Source of the DNA: a virus
Lineage: Duplodnaviria > Caudoviricetes
Virus record (IMG/VR): IMGVR_UViG_2515154161_000003
Span: 34,636-98,635 of that record
Reading direction: 5' to 3' (one strand)
Length of the DNA stretch: 64,000 nucleotides
Position 1 is the stretch's first letter, and each line of letters starts with the position of its first letter. A model generated the notes under the pieces. That model saw only the letters and a list, made by a program, of their open reading frames with translations. It was not told the DNA's origin and ran no database searches. Shown here piece by piece: positions 45,612-54,445 of this stretch. Both the position numbers and the translations under genes were made by a program.

Positions 45612-46872
45612 AGACTTTGCACCTCGGCGCCGCAAGGGGGCGCCACCCGCCATCATTCTGGCAACGAAGTCCTTGCTGACTTCAGCATGGCAGGAAGACT
45701 TCAATCTCTTCGCCCCAGACATGCGCGTATCGGTTGCCTGGGCAGAAAACCGCGAAGAGGCCTTTGTGGTAGAGGCAGACGCCTATATCACCAACCACGA
45801 TGGCGCCAAATGGCTGGCGAAACAGAACGCCAAGTTCTGGAAACGCTTTGAAGGCGGCACCTACATCATTGATGAGAGCACCGCATTCAAACACCACACC
45901 AGCCAGCGCGGCAAAGCTGCCGCGAAGATACGGAAACACTTCGAGTATGCCCGCTTGATGAGTGGCACACCTGCTCCGAACGGCATTCTCGACCTCTGGC
46001 ACCAGATGCTCATCCTCGACGGAGGCAAGCGTCTGGGGAATTCCTACTACAAGTTTCGAAATGCTGCATGCGTTCCTGAGCAAGCTGGGCCGATGCCCAA
46101 CATGATCCGCTGGATGGACCGCGAAGGCATTGAGCAGACCATTGCCGCGTTGCTCAAGGACATCACGATCCGGCACCGTTTCGAAGACTGCGTGGACATC
46201 CCGCCCAACACCATACGGCGAGTGGGATTCAAACTCAGCGCCCGACATATGCGGCTCTACAAGGAGATGGAAAACTTCCAGCTCCTGGAACTCAAGGACA
46301 AACGCATCACAGCCGTCAATGGGGCAGCGGTCTATACCAAGCTCCTGCAAATCGCGTCGGGCGCAGTGTATGACCAGGAACACATCGCCCAGCTCATCGA
46401 CACGGACCGCTATGAACTGGTGCTGGATCTGGTCGAAGAGCGCCCACACAGCATGGTGTTCTTCCTTTGGCAACATCAACGCGATGCGCTGGTTGAACAC
46501 GCTAAAAAACGTGGCCTGACGTTCGCGGTGTACGACGGAAGCGTTTCTTCCACCGCACGCACGCAGACGGTCAAGGACTTTCAGGCTGGAGCCTTGCGGG
46601 TGCTCTTTGCGCATCCGCAGTCAGCAGGCCACGGCCTGACACTCACCAAAGGCACCGCCACGATCTGGGCCTCCCCGACCCACAATCTGGAGCACTTTCT
46701 GCAAGGGCTCAAGCGGATCTATCGCATCGGCCAAACAGAACGGACAGAAACCATCGTGGTTTGCGCAGACGACACATGGGACAACGTCGTCTGGGAAGAC
46801 AAATGCCTGATGAAGAACGCGAGAAATGACAGATTGATGGATGAACTCAAGCGCATGGCACACGTGCGCTGA
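45460..46872 (+). CDS. SNF2-like DEAD/DEAH helicase
   Basis: LYAHQ, DPGTGKT, IIDES, MSGTP, SAGHGLTL, RIYRIGQ. Confidence 0.9.
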   Translation: MNAKDARSVKPTSITPTLYAHQKQSVKFMKPRLEVFDMSDPGTGKTGCEIEDFAPRRRKGAPPAIILATKSLLTSAWQEDFNLFAPDMRVSVAWAENREEAFVVEADAYITNHDGAKWLAKQNAKFWKRFEGGTYIIDESTAFKHHTSQRGKAAAKIRKHFEYARLMSGTPAPNGILDLWHQMLILDGGKRLGNSYYKFRNAACVPEQAGPMPNMIRWMDREGIEQTIAALLKDITIRHRFEDCVDIPPNTIRRVGFKLSARHMRLYKEMENFQLLELKDKRITAVNGAAVYTKLLQIASGAVYDQEHIAQLIDTDRYELVLDLVEERPHSMVFFLWQHQRDALVEHAKKRGLTFAVYDGSVSSTARTQTVKDFQAGALRVLFAHPQSAGHGLTLTKGTATIWASPTHNLEHFLQGLKRIYRIGQTERTETIVVCADDTWDNVVWEDKCLMKNARNDRLMDELKRMAHVR

Positions 46873-46892
46873 TTACCTACGGAAAGTACCCA

Positions 46893-47066
46893 ATGAACCG
46901 CGCTACACCTATTGAAATGCGTAAGGCGCTCGAAGCCGTTGAAATCATGAAACGAGCTGGATTGCGCTTTGTCCCCATGCCTGTACTCAACGAACAGGAC
47001 CACCAAGCCCTGGCCGCTCAGGTACAGGAAAGATTGAACACCATCCTCGCAGAGGTAGAAGGATGA
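46893..47066 (+). CDS. DUF1382-like phage protein (57 aa, not in the ORF track)
   Basis: MNRATPIEMRKALE...AGLRFVPMPV. Confidence 0.7.
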   Translation: MNRATPIEMRKALEAVEIMKRAGLRFVPMPVLNEQDHQALAAQVQERLNTILAEVEG

Positions 47067-47287
47067 GTGGGCCATACAAAGTAAGCACCATTACCGATGG
47101 GAATGGTTTCTACTATCTGGACGGACCGGGCACAGGGCACGGATACCACGGTGGATACCTGTTCCCCTATACACGCGCCAACAGCCACGAAGAAGCCAAG
47201 CGCCTAGAGAAGTTGCTCAACGATGCCTGGGAAGAAGGCTAGCGGGCCGCACAAAGAGAAATTCGCAAAGCACTGGGGATAGCATGA
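47063..47287 (+). pseudogene. 74-codon gene interrupted by an in-frame TAG at 47240
   Basis: The frame continues RAAQREIRKALGIA to a TGA that overlaps the polymerase ATG. Confidence 0.55.
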
Positions 47288-49179
47288 AATTCGATTTGAA
47301 TCATCTCGTCACCCATGATTGGGAAACCTTCTACAGCACGGACTATAGCCTTCGTGCGAAGAAGTACAATACATCAGCATACATCCGTGACCCACAGTTT
47401 CTTGAACATTGCTGCGCCATCAAAATCGGCACGAAGAAGACCAAGTGCTACACCCGCAGCGATGCGATCAAAGCTCTACAAGATATAGATTGGAGCAATT
47501 ACGATCTTCTTGCTCACAACAACCATTTCGACGGCGCAATTGATGCATGGCACCACGGCATTATTCCTCGCCGCTATTTCTGCACCCTTGCACAAACACG
47601 AGGGCTGCATTCAAACATGAGTGGGGCAGCTCTTGCCAAAATCGCAGAGTTCTATGGCGTAGGGAAAAAGAGCAAAACCTACCTTGCTCCAACGAAAGGA
47701 TTGCGGAAGCTATCGCCAGAGATTATGCGGGGCTTGATGGATGGATGCATTATAGACACCGACTTGTGCTTTGAAATTTTCAAAAAACAAATTGAGGTCT
47801 TTCCCGAAAAAGAAATCGAGTTAATTGATCTAAATATCAGATTGTTCACCCAGCCCGTACTAGCACTTGATACAAATCGTGCACAGATTGCACTCAAGTA
47901 CGAAGAACAAGAGCGCCTTCGCTCAATCGCCTACTCCAGAGTAGATGAAAAAACGCTGATCAGTAATCAAAAATTCGTAAACGCTTTGGCGGATCTCGGA
48001 GTTCAAGCCCCCACGAAGATTAGCAAATACAACGGCGAGATAACTTATGCTTTGTCTGAAAGTGACCTAGAGTTTATTGAACTTCTTGACCACGAAAATC
48101 TGAGCGTTGTTCGCCTTGTACAGGGGCGCCTTGCAGCCAAATCAACCATCATCGAAACACGAGCGGCCCGGATGATCCAGGCAGGAGAGAACGGCCAGCG
48201 ATTGCCCGTGCTGCTGAACTACTACGGGGCAGCAACCGGGCGCTTTTCGGGGGGCAACAAGCTCAACTTCCAGAACTTGCCACGCGTTGACTTCGATGAC
48301 AAAGGAAATGTCGTCCCAATGTCAGGAGAACTGCGAAAATCAATCATCGCGCCTCCTGGGCATGTCATTGTCGTGTGCGACTCCTCGCAGATTGAAGCAA
48401 GAACACTGAATTGGTTGGCTGGAAATAGCGAGAAACTAGATGCATTTCGTCATAAACGGGACATTTACTCAGAGCTGGCAAGTGAAATCTATGGACGTCA
48501 GATCAACAAAAAGACCGACCCAAACGAGCGTTTTGTTGGGAAAGTGGGAGAACTTGGGCTTGGATATGGGATGGGCGCTCCAAAATTCCAGACAACACTC
48601 GCCATCGGGGCAATGGGGCCAGCGGTACAACTTCCGATGGCCCTCTGTAAGAAAGCGGTCAATACCTACCGCCGCGTCAACCCCCAAGTGCCAGCGCTCT
48701 GGAAACTGGCAGAAGGGATTCTCAAGGACATGTGCTTCAGTCGTCGCGGCAGCTACATGTGTCTTGAATGGGACGAAACAGATGTATGGTTCCCAAATGG
48801 CATGGGTTTGCATTATCCAGGGCTGCGAGCGAAACACACAGGAGACAAACTCAGCGGTTTCGAATACACCAAGAACGGAGCCAAGAAGCACATCTACGGA
48901 GGACTGCTCGTAGAAAACATCGTGCAAGGGCTTGCCCGAATCATCGTCACAGATCAGATGCTGGCTGTGCAAGCGGTCTACAACACCTGGAAGTTGCGAA
49001 AAGAGGAAATAGCCCGCATCGCATCCATGTCGCACGATGAAATCATCAGTGTCATCCCTGAGCGTCTGGCACAAAAGGCTTTGGAGTTAAATCTGAAATG
49101 CATGCGTGTGCCCCCCGACTGGGCACCTACATTGCCGCTGGATGCTGAAGGCGGTTTTGCCAAGGAGTACAGTAAGTGA
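47284..49179 (+). CDS. Family A DNA polymerase with 3'-5' exonuclease
   Basis: HDWET, AHNNHFD, TGRFSG, NFQNLP, CDSSQIEAR, K...LGLGYG, SHDE. Confidence 0.92.
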   Translation: MKFDLNHLVTHDWETFYSTDYSLRAKKYNTSAYIRDPQFLEHCCAIKIGTKKTKCYTRSDAIKALQDIDWSNYDLLAHNNHFDGAIDAWHHGIIPRRYFCTLAQTRGLHSNMSGAALAKIAEFYGVGKKSKTYLAPTKGLRKLSPEIMRGLMDGCIIDTDLCFEIFKKQIEVFPEKEIELIDLNIRLFTQPVLALDTNRAQIALKYEEQERLRSIAYSRVDEKTLISNQKFVNALADLGVQAPTKISKYNGEITYALSESDLEFIELLDHENLSVVRLVQGRLAAKSTIIETRAARMIQAGENGQRLPVLLNYYGAATGRFSGGNKLNFQNLPRVDFDDKGNVVPMSGELRKSIIAPPGHVIVVCDSSQIEARTLNWLAGNSEKLDAFRHKRDIYSELASEIYGRQINKKTDPNERFVGKVGELGLGYGMGAPKFQTTLAIGAMGPAVQLPMALCKKAVNTYRRVNPQVPALWKLAEGILKDMCFSRRGSYMCLEWDETDVWFPNGMGLHYPGLRAKHTGDKLSGFEYTKNGAKKHIYGGLLVENIVQGLARIIVTDQMLAVQAVYNTWKLRKEEIARIASMSHDEIISVIPERLAQKALELNLKCMRVPPDWAPTLPLDAEGGFAKEYSK

Positions 49180-49385
49180 ACGTTGAATCTCAAATCAAGA
49201 AGCTTCTCGCCCAGGCGGCGCAAGGACGTAGTACGGGGGAACTGTGCATGGAGGTGGTAGGCCGACTCCCACCGGGCACCCAGATCCGCATCACGCATGC
49301 AGGTGTGCGCGTCACCCACAGCCGCTACATCGACAAGCTCAGCACACCTGCTGCGATTGACACAGCATTGAATCGCATGGCCTGA
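49176..49385 (+). CDS. Small hypothetical protein
   Basis: GTGA overlap with the polymerase. Confidence 0.55.
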   Translation: MNVESQIKKLLAQAAQGRSTGELCMEVVGRLPPGTQIRITHAGVRVTHSRYIDKLSTPAAIDTALNRMA

Positions 49386-49395
49386 CATCCTTCAA

Positions 49396-49438
49396 CTCTC
49401 TAACAGTCTCTTGACTTATCTATCAGAGAGAATACACT
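49396..49438 (+). promoter_or_regulatory. sigma70 promoter with phased operator
   Basis: TTGACT-16-TACACT; TCTAACAGT 49399, TCTTGACTT 49409, TCTATCAGA 49419. Confidence 0.75.
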
Positions 49439-49464
49439 TTGTACAAACAACGAGGACACTTCGT

Positions 49465-49848
49465 ATGAAAGACACCGTGAAACCCCTCGGCACACTGATC
49501 GACGATCTGAACAAGATCCGTGAGAAGCGCCGGGTTCTGGCCGAGCAGGACAAGAAGCTGGAAGACGATTACAAGGATCTGGAAGCCCAGATCGACGCCC
49601 GAATGGTCTCAGAAGGCATGGAAAAAGCTACCGGCAAAACAGCAACAGTGAGCTTCAGCACGGTGGTCGTTGCCAACATTGTCGACTGGGATGCTGTCTG
49701 CAAGTACACCAAACGCACGGGCAACTTCCAACTCTTTCAGCGCCGCATCAGCGATCCGGCTTTCCGTGAACTGCTCGAAACAAAGAAGGCAGCGATCCCT
49801 GGCCTAGAAGCGTTCGAGAAGCGGAAGTTGAATCTCCGCGCCCTCTGA
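49465..49848 (+). CDS. Coiled-coil phage protein (Gam/gp33-like family)
   Basis: GAGGA RBS; IVDWD...LFQRRIS...IPGL. Confidence 0.7.
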   Translation: MKDTVKPLGTLIDDLNKIREKRRVLAEQDKKLEDDYKDLEAQIDARMVSEGMEKATGKTATVSFSTVVVANIVDWDAVCKYTKRTGNFQLFQRRISDPAFRELLETKKAAIPGLEAFEKRKLNLRAL

Positions 49849-49886
49849 TCGCCTCATTCTCTAACACTCTCTAAAAAGGAGTATTC

Positions 49887-50708
49887 ATGGCTACCGCCAA
49901 ACCCAAAGCACCACCCAAAACCACCAAGCCCGGCACCGCCGTTGCAGTCAGTCGTGCCAAAGTGAATCTGCCTGCTTTGCCTGAGAATCTGCAGGAGCAG
50001 ATGGACAGCGAAATCGCTGCATTCCAGAACCGTCTTTCCGCCCCTGGTGGCGACCGCATCAAGGTCTCGCAGGAAAAGCTCTTCGAGCTGCCCAATGGAG
50101 ATACCTCGGACGAACTGGACTGCATCATCGTGGATTTCGTGTCGTTCAACGCCTACTACGAAGGCGCCTACAACCCGAACAACATCACACCGCCCAAGTG
50201 CTTTGCCATCGGCCTGGAGCCGACCGGCATGATCCCCAGTGCCAACAGCCCGGAATGCCAAGCCGAAAGCTGCACAGCCTGCTGGGCCAATGCCTGGAAG
50301 TCGGGCACCGGCAACGGCAAGGCTTGCAACAACACCAAGCTGCTGGCCGTACTGCCGCCTGATGGCGACATGGAAACCCCGCTGATGATCCTCAAGGTCT
50401 CGGCAACGGGCCTCAAGGCTTATGACTCGTATGTGGCATCCGTCGCCCGCACCTTCCAGCGCCCGCCACGTGGCGTGCTGACCACGATCACTTTCGACCC
50501 GAATGTGACCTATGCGTCGCTGCGTTTCGGCAATCCACGTCCTTGCGACAAGAACCAGTTGGCCCTGGCCTTCGCACGCAAGGAAGAAGCGCTGCAACGG
50601 CTGCTGACCGAGCCGGATGTGTCGGCCTTCGCTGCTGAAACCCCGGCTCCGAAGCCCAAGGCGCTGCAAAAGCCTGCGGCCCGTAAACCTGTTAAGCGGG
50701 CGGCATAA
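49887..50708 (+). CDS. Putative ssDNA-binding/recombination protein
   Basis: YYEGAY...PKCFA...CTACWAN.W...GKAC; position in the replication cluster. Confidence 0.65.
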   Translation: MATAKPKAPPKTTKPGTAVAVSRAKVNLPALPENLQEQMDSEIAAFQNRLSAPGGDRIKVSQEKLFELPNGDTSDELDCIIVDFVSFNAYYEGAYNPNNITPPKCFAIGLEPTGMIPSANSPECQAESCTACWANAWKSGTGNGKACNNTKLLAVLPPDGDMETPLMILKVSATGLKAYDSYVASVARTFQRPPRGVLTTITFDPNVTYASLRFGNPRPCDKNQLALAFARKEEALQRLLTEPDVSAFAAETPAPKPKALQKPAARKPVKRAA

Positions 50709-50918
50709 ATGGCGGTGCGCGAGTGGTACATGCAGCTCGCGCTTCAGTCATACCGGAAGCTCGTCGGAGTAATCGGCGAGCTGACGGAAGAAGAAGTTCT
50801 AGCTGCACTGTCGCTGGAAAAGTCGTCACGGCGTCGCAAATCAATCATCGACGCCCTGACGCGCAAAGCTGCCGAGTTCAATCGGCAAACATACCTCACA
50901 TCTCTGAAGGAGAAATAG
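50709..50918 (+). CDS. Small hypothetical protein
   Basis: LTEEEVLAALSLE...RRRKSII. Confidence 0.7.
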   Translation: MAVREWYMQLALQSYRKLVGVIGELTEEEVLAALSLEKSSRRRKSIIDALTRKAAEFNRQTYLTSLKEK

Positions 50919-50922
50919 CACT

Positions 50923-51171
50923 ATGGCACGTCAAAAATCCGTCGTTCTGTCCGCCGCCGAAAAGAAGGAAGTCGTGGCAGGTCTCAAGGATCAGATCAAA
51001 CAGATCACCACAGACCTCAAGCAACTGGACAAGGACCACAAGGCCGTGGTCAAAACTCACGAGGCCACCATCAAGGCTCACGACAAGGCGGTTGCCGCTG
51101 CAACCAAGGCGCTGGAAGCCGCACGCGCCAAGCTGGAAGCGATTCAAACTCCTGCGGGCGCAGCAGCATAA
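50923..51171 (+). CDS. Small Lys/Ala-rich coiled-coil protein
   Basis: AAGGAG RBS; heptads. Confidence 0.7.
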   Translation: MARQKSVVLSAAEKKEVVAGLKDQIKQITTDLKQLDKDHKAVVKTHEATIKAHDKAVAAATKALEAARAKLEAIQTPAGAAA

Positions 51172-51185
51172 TCATTCTACGCCTT

Positions 51186-51225
51186 GGGTTATGCCCATAA
51201 AGGCATGGGCATAACCCCCTTTCTT
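51186..51225 (+). terminator. Intrinsic terminator-like hairpin
   Basis: 13-bp perfect stem GGGTTATGCCCAT/ATGGGCATAACCC followed by CCTTTCTT. Confidence 0.7.
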
Positions 51226-51288
51226 CACGGTTTGGCGTGCAACACAAAGTCACAAACTAGATCCGCTCGATACATCTGGAGACAAAGC

Positions 51289-51768
51289 GTGAACAATAAT
51301 GTAGTGATCAGCGCCAAAACACTTGGTACTGGCACAGACGCGGTGATTTACTCGATCAGCGCAATCAGCTTTAATGGGGAACGGTTTCAGCGATTCATCG
51401 ACATCGATAGCTGTCTCAACCTGGGTTTGACTGTCGATGGCCGCAGCATCAGCACACTCGTTGACGAAGGTGGGCACGATGGCATGACTGTCAGCCTACA
51501 ACAGGCACTGATGGATCTGCGCGAATTCACCGCGTGGGAAGAAGTCACCGTCTGGCTGGATATGGCACAGCACACCGCGGCACAGCTTGACACAGCCTAT
51601 CGTCGCGCCGGGTTGTCGCTCCCCTGGCGGTTCTGGAATCTGCGCGACATCAATACCGCTGTTGGTGAAACACTGACCATTCATGGCAACAGCGAAGTCG
51701 TCGCGGAAGAGAGTGTTCGCGCACTGATGCCTGTCCTGGGGACACAGCATGCCCTCCGTCAAGCCTGA
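51289..51768 (+). CDS. DEDDh 3'-5' exonuclease homologue with degenerate active site
   Basis: Scaffold TLGT..DAVI.SI.A, AY...G...PW.FWN.RD..T is kept; acidic catalytic residues are missing. Confidence 0.7.
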   Translation: MNNNVVISAKTLGTGTDAVIYSISAISFNGERFQRFIDIDSCLNLGLTVDGRSISTLVDEGGHDGMTVSLQQALMDLREFTAWEEVTVWLDMAQHTAAQLDTAYRRAGLSLPWRFWNLRDINTAVGETLTIHGNSEVVAEESVRALMPVLGTQHALRQA

Positions 51769-52150
51769 GAACACCTTCATCCATTCGGTGCACCGACACC
51801 TTTCACCCAGCACTTACCACGAAAAGATGAACAACCCCTACCACGGGGGAACACCTGACGTCTGGTATTCCGGGAACGCAGGAGACCTGTGGGTGGAATA
51901 CAAATTCCTGCCGCGTGTGCCACAGCGCAGCATCGTGGTCGCCAATCTGTCAGAGTTGCAGAAAGACTGGCTTGAGCGGCGTCATGAGGAAGGGCGGACA
52001 GTTGCAGTCATCGTTGGCTGCCCGTCTGGTGGCATCATCCTGCGTGATCCTGAAGAATGGACGGCGACTTTTACTGCCGTCGAGTACAATAATCGGTTGT
52101 TAGACCGCAAGCAGATAGCGGCCTGGATCGCGCAAACAACCACGAGGTGA
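51749..52150 (+). CDS. VRR-NUC / Holliday junction resolvase-like nuclease
   Basis: GTPD...WVEYK...LSELQKDWL. Confidence 0.8.
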   Translation: MPSVKPENTFIHSVHRHLSPSTYHEKMNNPYHGGTPDVWYSGNAGDLWVEYKFLPRVPQRSIVVANLSELQKDWLERRHEEGRTVAVIVGCPSGGIILRDPEEWTATFTAVEYNNRLLDRKQIAAWIAQTTTR

Positions 52151-52152
52151 CT

Positions 52153-52278
52153 ATGCTCCGCGCCCTGGTTACAGCGACTCGCGTCGCTGGCCTTACTTAC
52201 AGCTTGCTGTCTTCGACAATCTTGATTGGTTTCCTTCTTGTGGGGGTTGCCAAGAGTGTTGCGAAGCGCAATGGCTGA
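52153..52278 (+). CDS. Small membrane protein (41 aa)
   Basis: GAGG RBS; single TM. Confidence 0.5.
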   Translation: MLRALVTATRVAGLTYSLLSSTILIGFLLVGVAKSVAKRNG

Positions 52279-52304
52279 GTGACGACGGAATAGGGGATTA
52301 CAGA

Positions 52305-52712
52305 ATGAGCCAAATCAGATCCAGCAAAGGGATTTACGACCTGCTTGAGAAGCACTTGCGGTCCGCAGCATATCCAATGACCTGTGTGAACTTGATGGAC
52401 ATTGAGGAAATTCGTCGTGAAGCGCTCAAGGAGTACGGTAAGGACGTGCGCATAACGACGAACAAGCTCTCTGATCTGCTGGGCTTCATGTGGCGTCGCG
52501 GTCTGCTGACTCGCTACCCAGCTCCGAAGGACGGCGACTCCCTCGCAAAGTACGCGTATATCTGGGATAAGCAAGAGGACGCTCGTCCGACCCCCTCCCC
52601 TATTCCGTCGCCAGCTTCTTCAAGACGCAAAACAAGCGTTCAGATCGAAGAGATTCCTGGCGGGGTTGTTATCGAATTCGACAAGTTCACCATCACAGTA
52701 AAAGCAAAATAA
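52305..52712 (+). CDS. Possible winged-helix DNA-binding protein
   Basis: LSDLLGFMWRRGLLTRY...YAY recognition helix/wing-like pattern. Confidence 0.6.
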   Translation: MSQIRSSKGIYDLLEKHLRSAAYPMTCVNLMDIEEIRREALKEYGKDVRITTNKLSDLLGFMWRRGLLTRYPAPKDGDSLAKYAYIWDKQEDARPTPSPIPSPASSRRKTSVQIEEIPGGVVIEFDKFTITVKAK

Positions 52713-52725
52713 CTGGCTTAAAGAC

Positions 52726-52749
52726 CATCCCATGCCCAGGCATGGGATG
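52726..52749 (+). terminator. Hairpin after the replication operon
   Basis: CATCCCATGC-CCAG-GCATGGGATG. Confidence 0.55.
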
Positions 52750-52797
52750 AATAAAGCATTCAACACCCGGCACTACAACGGCACAGTCACACCCACA

Positions 52798-52830
52798 AAT
52801 CTAACAGTGTCTAATATTATATATCAGAGA
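52798..52830 (+). promoter_or_regulatory. Phased operator upstream of the accessory early operon
   Basis: TCTAACAGT 52800, TCTAATATT 52810, TATATCAGA 52820; closely resembles 49399-49429. Confidence 0.65.
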
Positions 52831-52842
52831 CCATAAGTCGCC

Positions 52843-53505
52843 ATGAACACCAACCGAGTCGGTACTTCACATTTCGTTTCACAAGATGCAGCCATCAAGT
52901 ATTACAGCGAGCAGTTTGTCGACGAAGCGGGTGTCAAACAAAAGCTTGAGGCCGGTGAAATTCACATTGGTGCTCCACACACAGAGCAAGGGCAGATTGC
53001 CAAACTCGACATGGATGGCCGTTACTACATTACGCCCACTGCCAAGCCCGAAGCACCAAGCCTCCCAAAAATCTTACGTTGTACGTGGACGCTAGATTTA
53101 CCCGAAGGCTTTGGAACAGGATATGAATACAGCATCGTCAGACGTGACAGTTCCAGGTCGTTCGACACACGCCCAGAGGACAACCTGCTGCACCACGTGT
53201 TGATGGCTCTCCCCGGTGTAGATGGGCTCACCTATTGCCCAGGCGCAGAAGCAGTAGATGTCTCGGGCACTTTGCTTGAAATGGAACGTGCCCGACGACA
53301 GATCTCAGAAATTCTGCACAAATACCCGAGCCGCAAACAATACAGCTTGCGACTTGATGGGCTAAAGCTGTCTGCCTGGGATGACAAAGCAGATCGTTGC
53401 ATAGAGGCAGAACGGAGTGTGGATGTTCTTGAAGACCCCCTCATCGACCAGTTCATCCGTTTGATAGATCAGCTTGATCAGGCACAGTCACACCCAACTC
53501 TCTAA
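52843..53505 (+). CDS. Phage hypothetical protein
   Basis: GTSHFVS...YY...KLEAGEIHIGAP...DGRY N-terminal module. Confidence 0.75.
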   Translation: MNTNRVGTSHFVSQDAAIKYYSEQFVDEAGVKQKLEAGEIHIGAPHTEQGQIAKLDMDGRYYITPTAKPEAPSLPKILRCTWTLDLPEGFGTGYEYSIVRRDSSRSFDTRPEDNLLHHVLMALPGVDGLTYCPGAEAVDVSGTLLEMERARRQISEILHKYPSRKQYSLRLDGLKLSAWDDKADRCIEAERSVDVLEDPLIDQFIRLIDQLDQAQSHPTL

Positions 53506-53518
53506 CGGAGTCTCAATT

Positions 53519-54232
53519 GTGAACACATATAACGTCAGAGTCCGTCGCCTCTACAGAGAAGAGCGCAGCAAGAACCTGCCTGCATCAATGGCACTGATTC
53601 ATGCTCGTTACGAAGCAAAGTTTGGCGAGAAGTCAGTCAAGCGTCACATTCTTCCCGATCAGCATGAAGCCAGTGACGGTGAAGAAATCCACTTACTCAC
53701 CAACGGCTGGAAAATCAGGGTCAGGTTTCAACGTGATGAAGATCACAACGCACCCTGGAGCGACTGCGACGGCATGGGGGTTGTCTGCGATGGACACGGA
53801 CACCCCGGAGAACACAACGAATATGAAGAATGGGTTCTCAACTCTGAGCACGGCTGGTATCGGTGGTACGACTGGAAGGCCACGCTTCCGGAAGCAATCC
53901 GCGACGACTGGGACGCTCCACCCTATCGCACTGGCACCAAGCGCGAACAAGCCATGCGGGCCATGAAATCAAACTATGAGTTGCTGCGTCGCTGGTGCAA
54001 CGACGACTGGTGGTACATCGGCCTGATCGTCACCCTGCTCGACGAAGACGACACCGAATTGGCCGAGGACTCGTGCTGGGGCTTTGAATCGGACGCGATG
54101 AACTACATCACCGAGCAGGTTCGCTCTTGGGCAGCACACATGATCGTCGAGGAACGCACGTCCCGGCGCAAGGCAGCCCATGCAGCACGGGTCGCACGGC
54201 GCTTCTCCGACGCGATGGCCGGCGGAATCTGA
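53519..54232 (+). CDS. Phage hypothetical protein (W/D/E-rich)
   Basis: LRRWCNDDWWYIG...DSCWGFESD. Confidence 0.75.
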   Translation: MNTYNVRVRRLYREERSKNLPASMALIHARYEAKFGEKSVKRHILPDQHEASDGEEIHLLTNGWKIRVRFQRDEDHNAPWSDCDGMGVVCDGHGHPGEHNEYEEWVLNSEHGWYRWYDWKATLPEAIRDDWDAPPYRTGTKREQAMRAMKSNYELLRRWCNDDWWYIGLIVTLLDEDDTELAEDSCWGFESDAMNYITEQVRSWAAHMIVEERTSRRKAAHAARVARRFSDAMAGGI

Positions 54233-54246
54233 AGAGGAGAACAATC

Positions 54247-54444
54247 ATGATGTACGCATTCAATGCCGAAACATCGAACGGAGCAGAGAAAGGCCTTGTC
54301 TTTGGTTCTGATCCAGAAGATGCCCAGTCCTACGTAGCAGAACAACTCGGCGTATCACCTGAGAGCGTAGTGATCATTCCTGAGTACGAGGATTTCATCG
54401 GGCATCAGTACGGCGGAATCGCGTTGCTCACAACAGGAGCATGA
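54247..54444 (+). CDS. Small acidic protein
   Basis: GAGGAG RBS. Confidence 0.7.
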   Translation: MMYAFNAETSNGAEKGLVFGSDPEDAQSYVAEQLGVSPESVVIIPEYEDFIGHQYGGIALLTTGA

Positions 54445-54445
54445 C

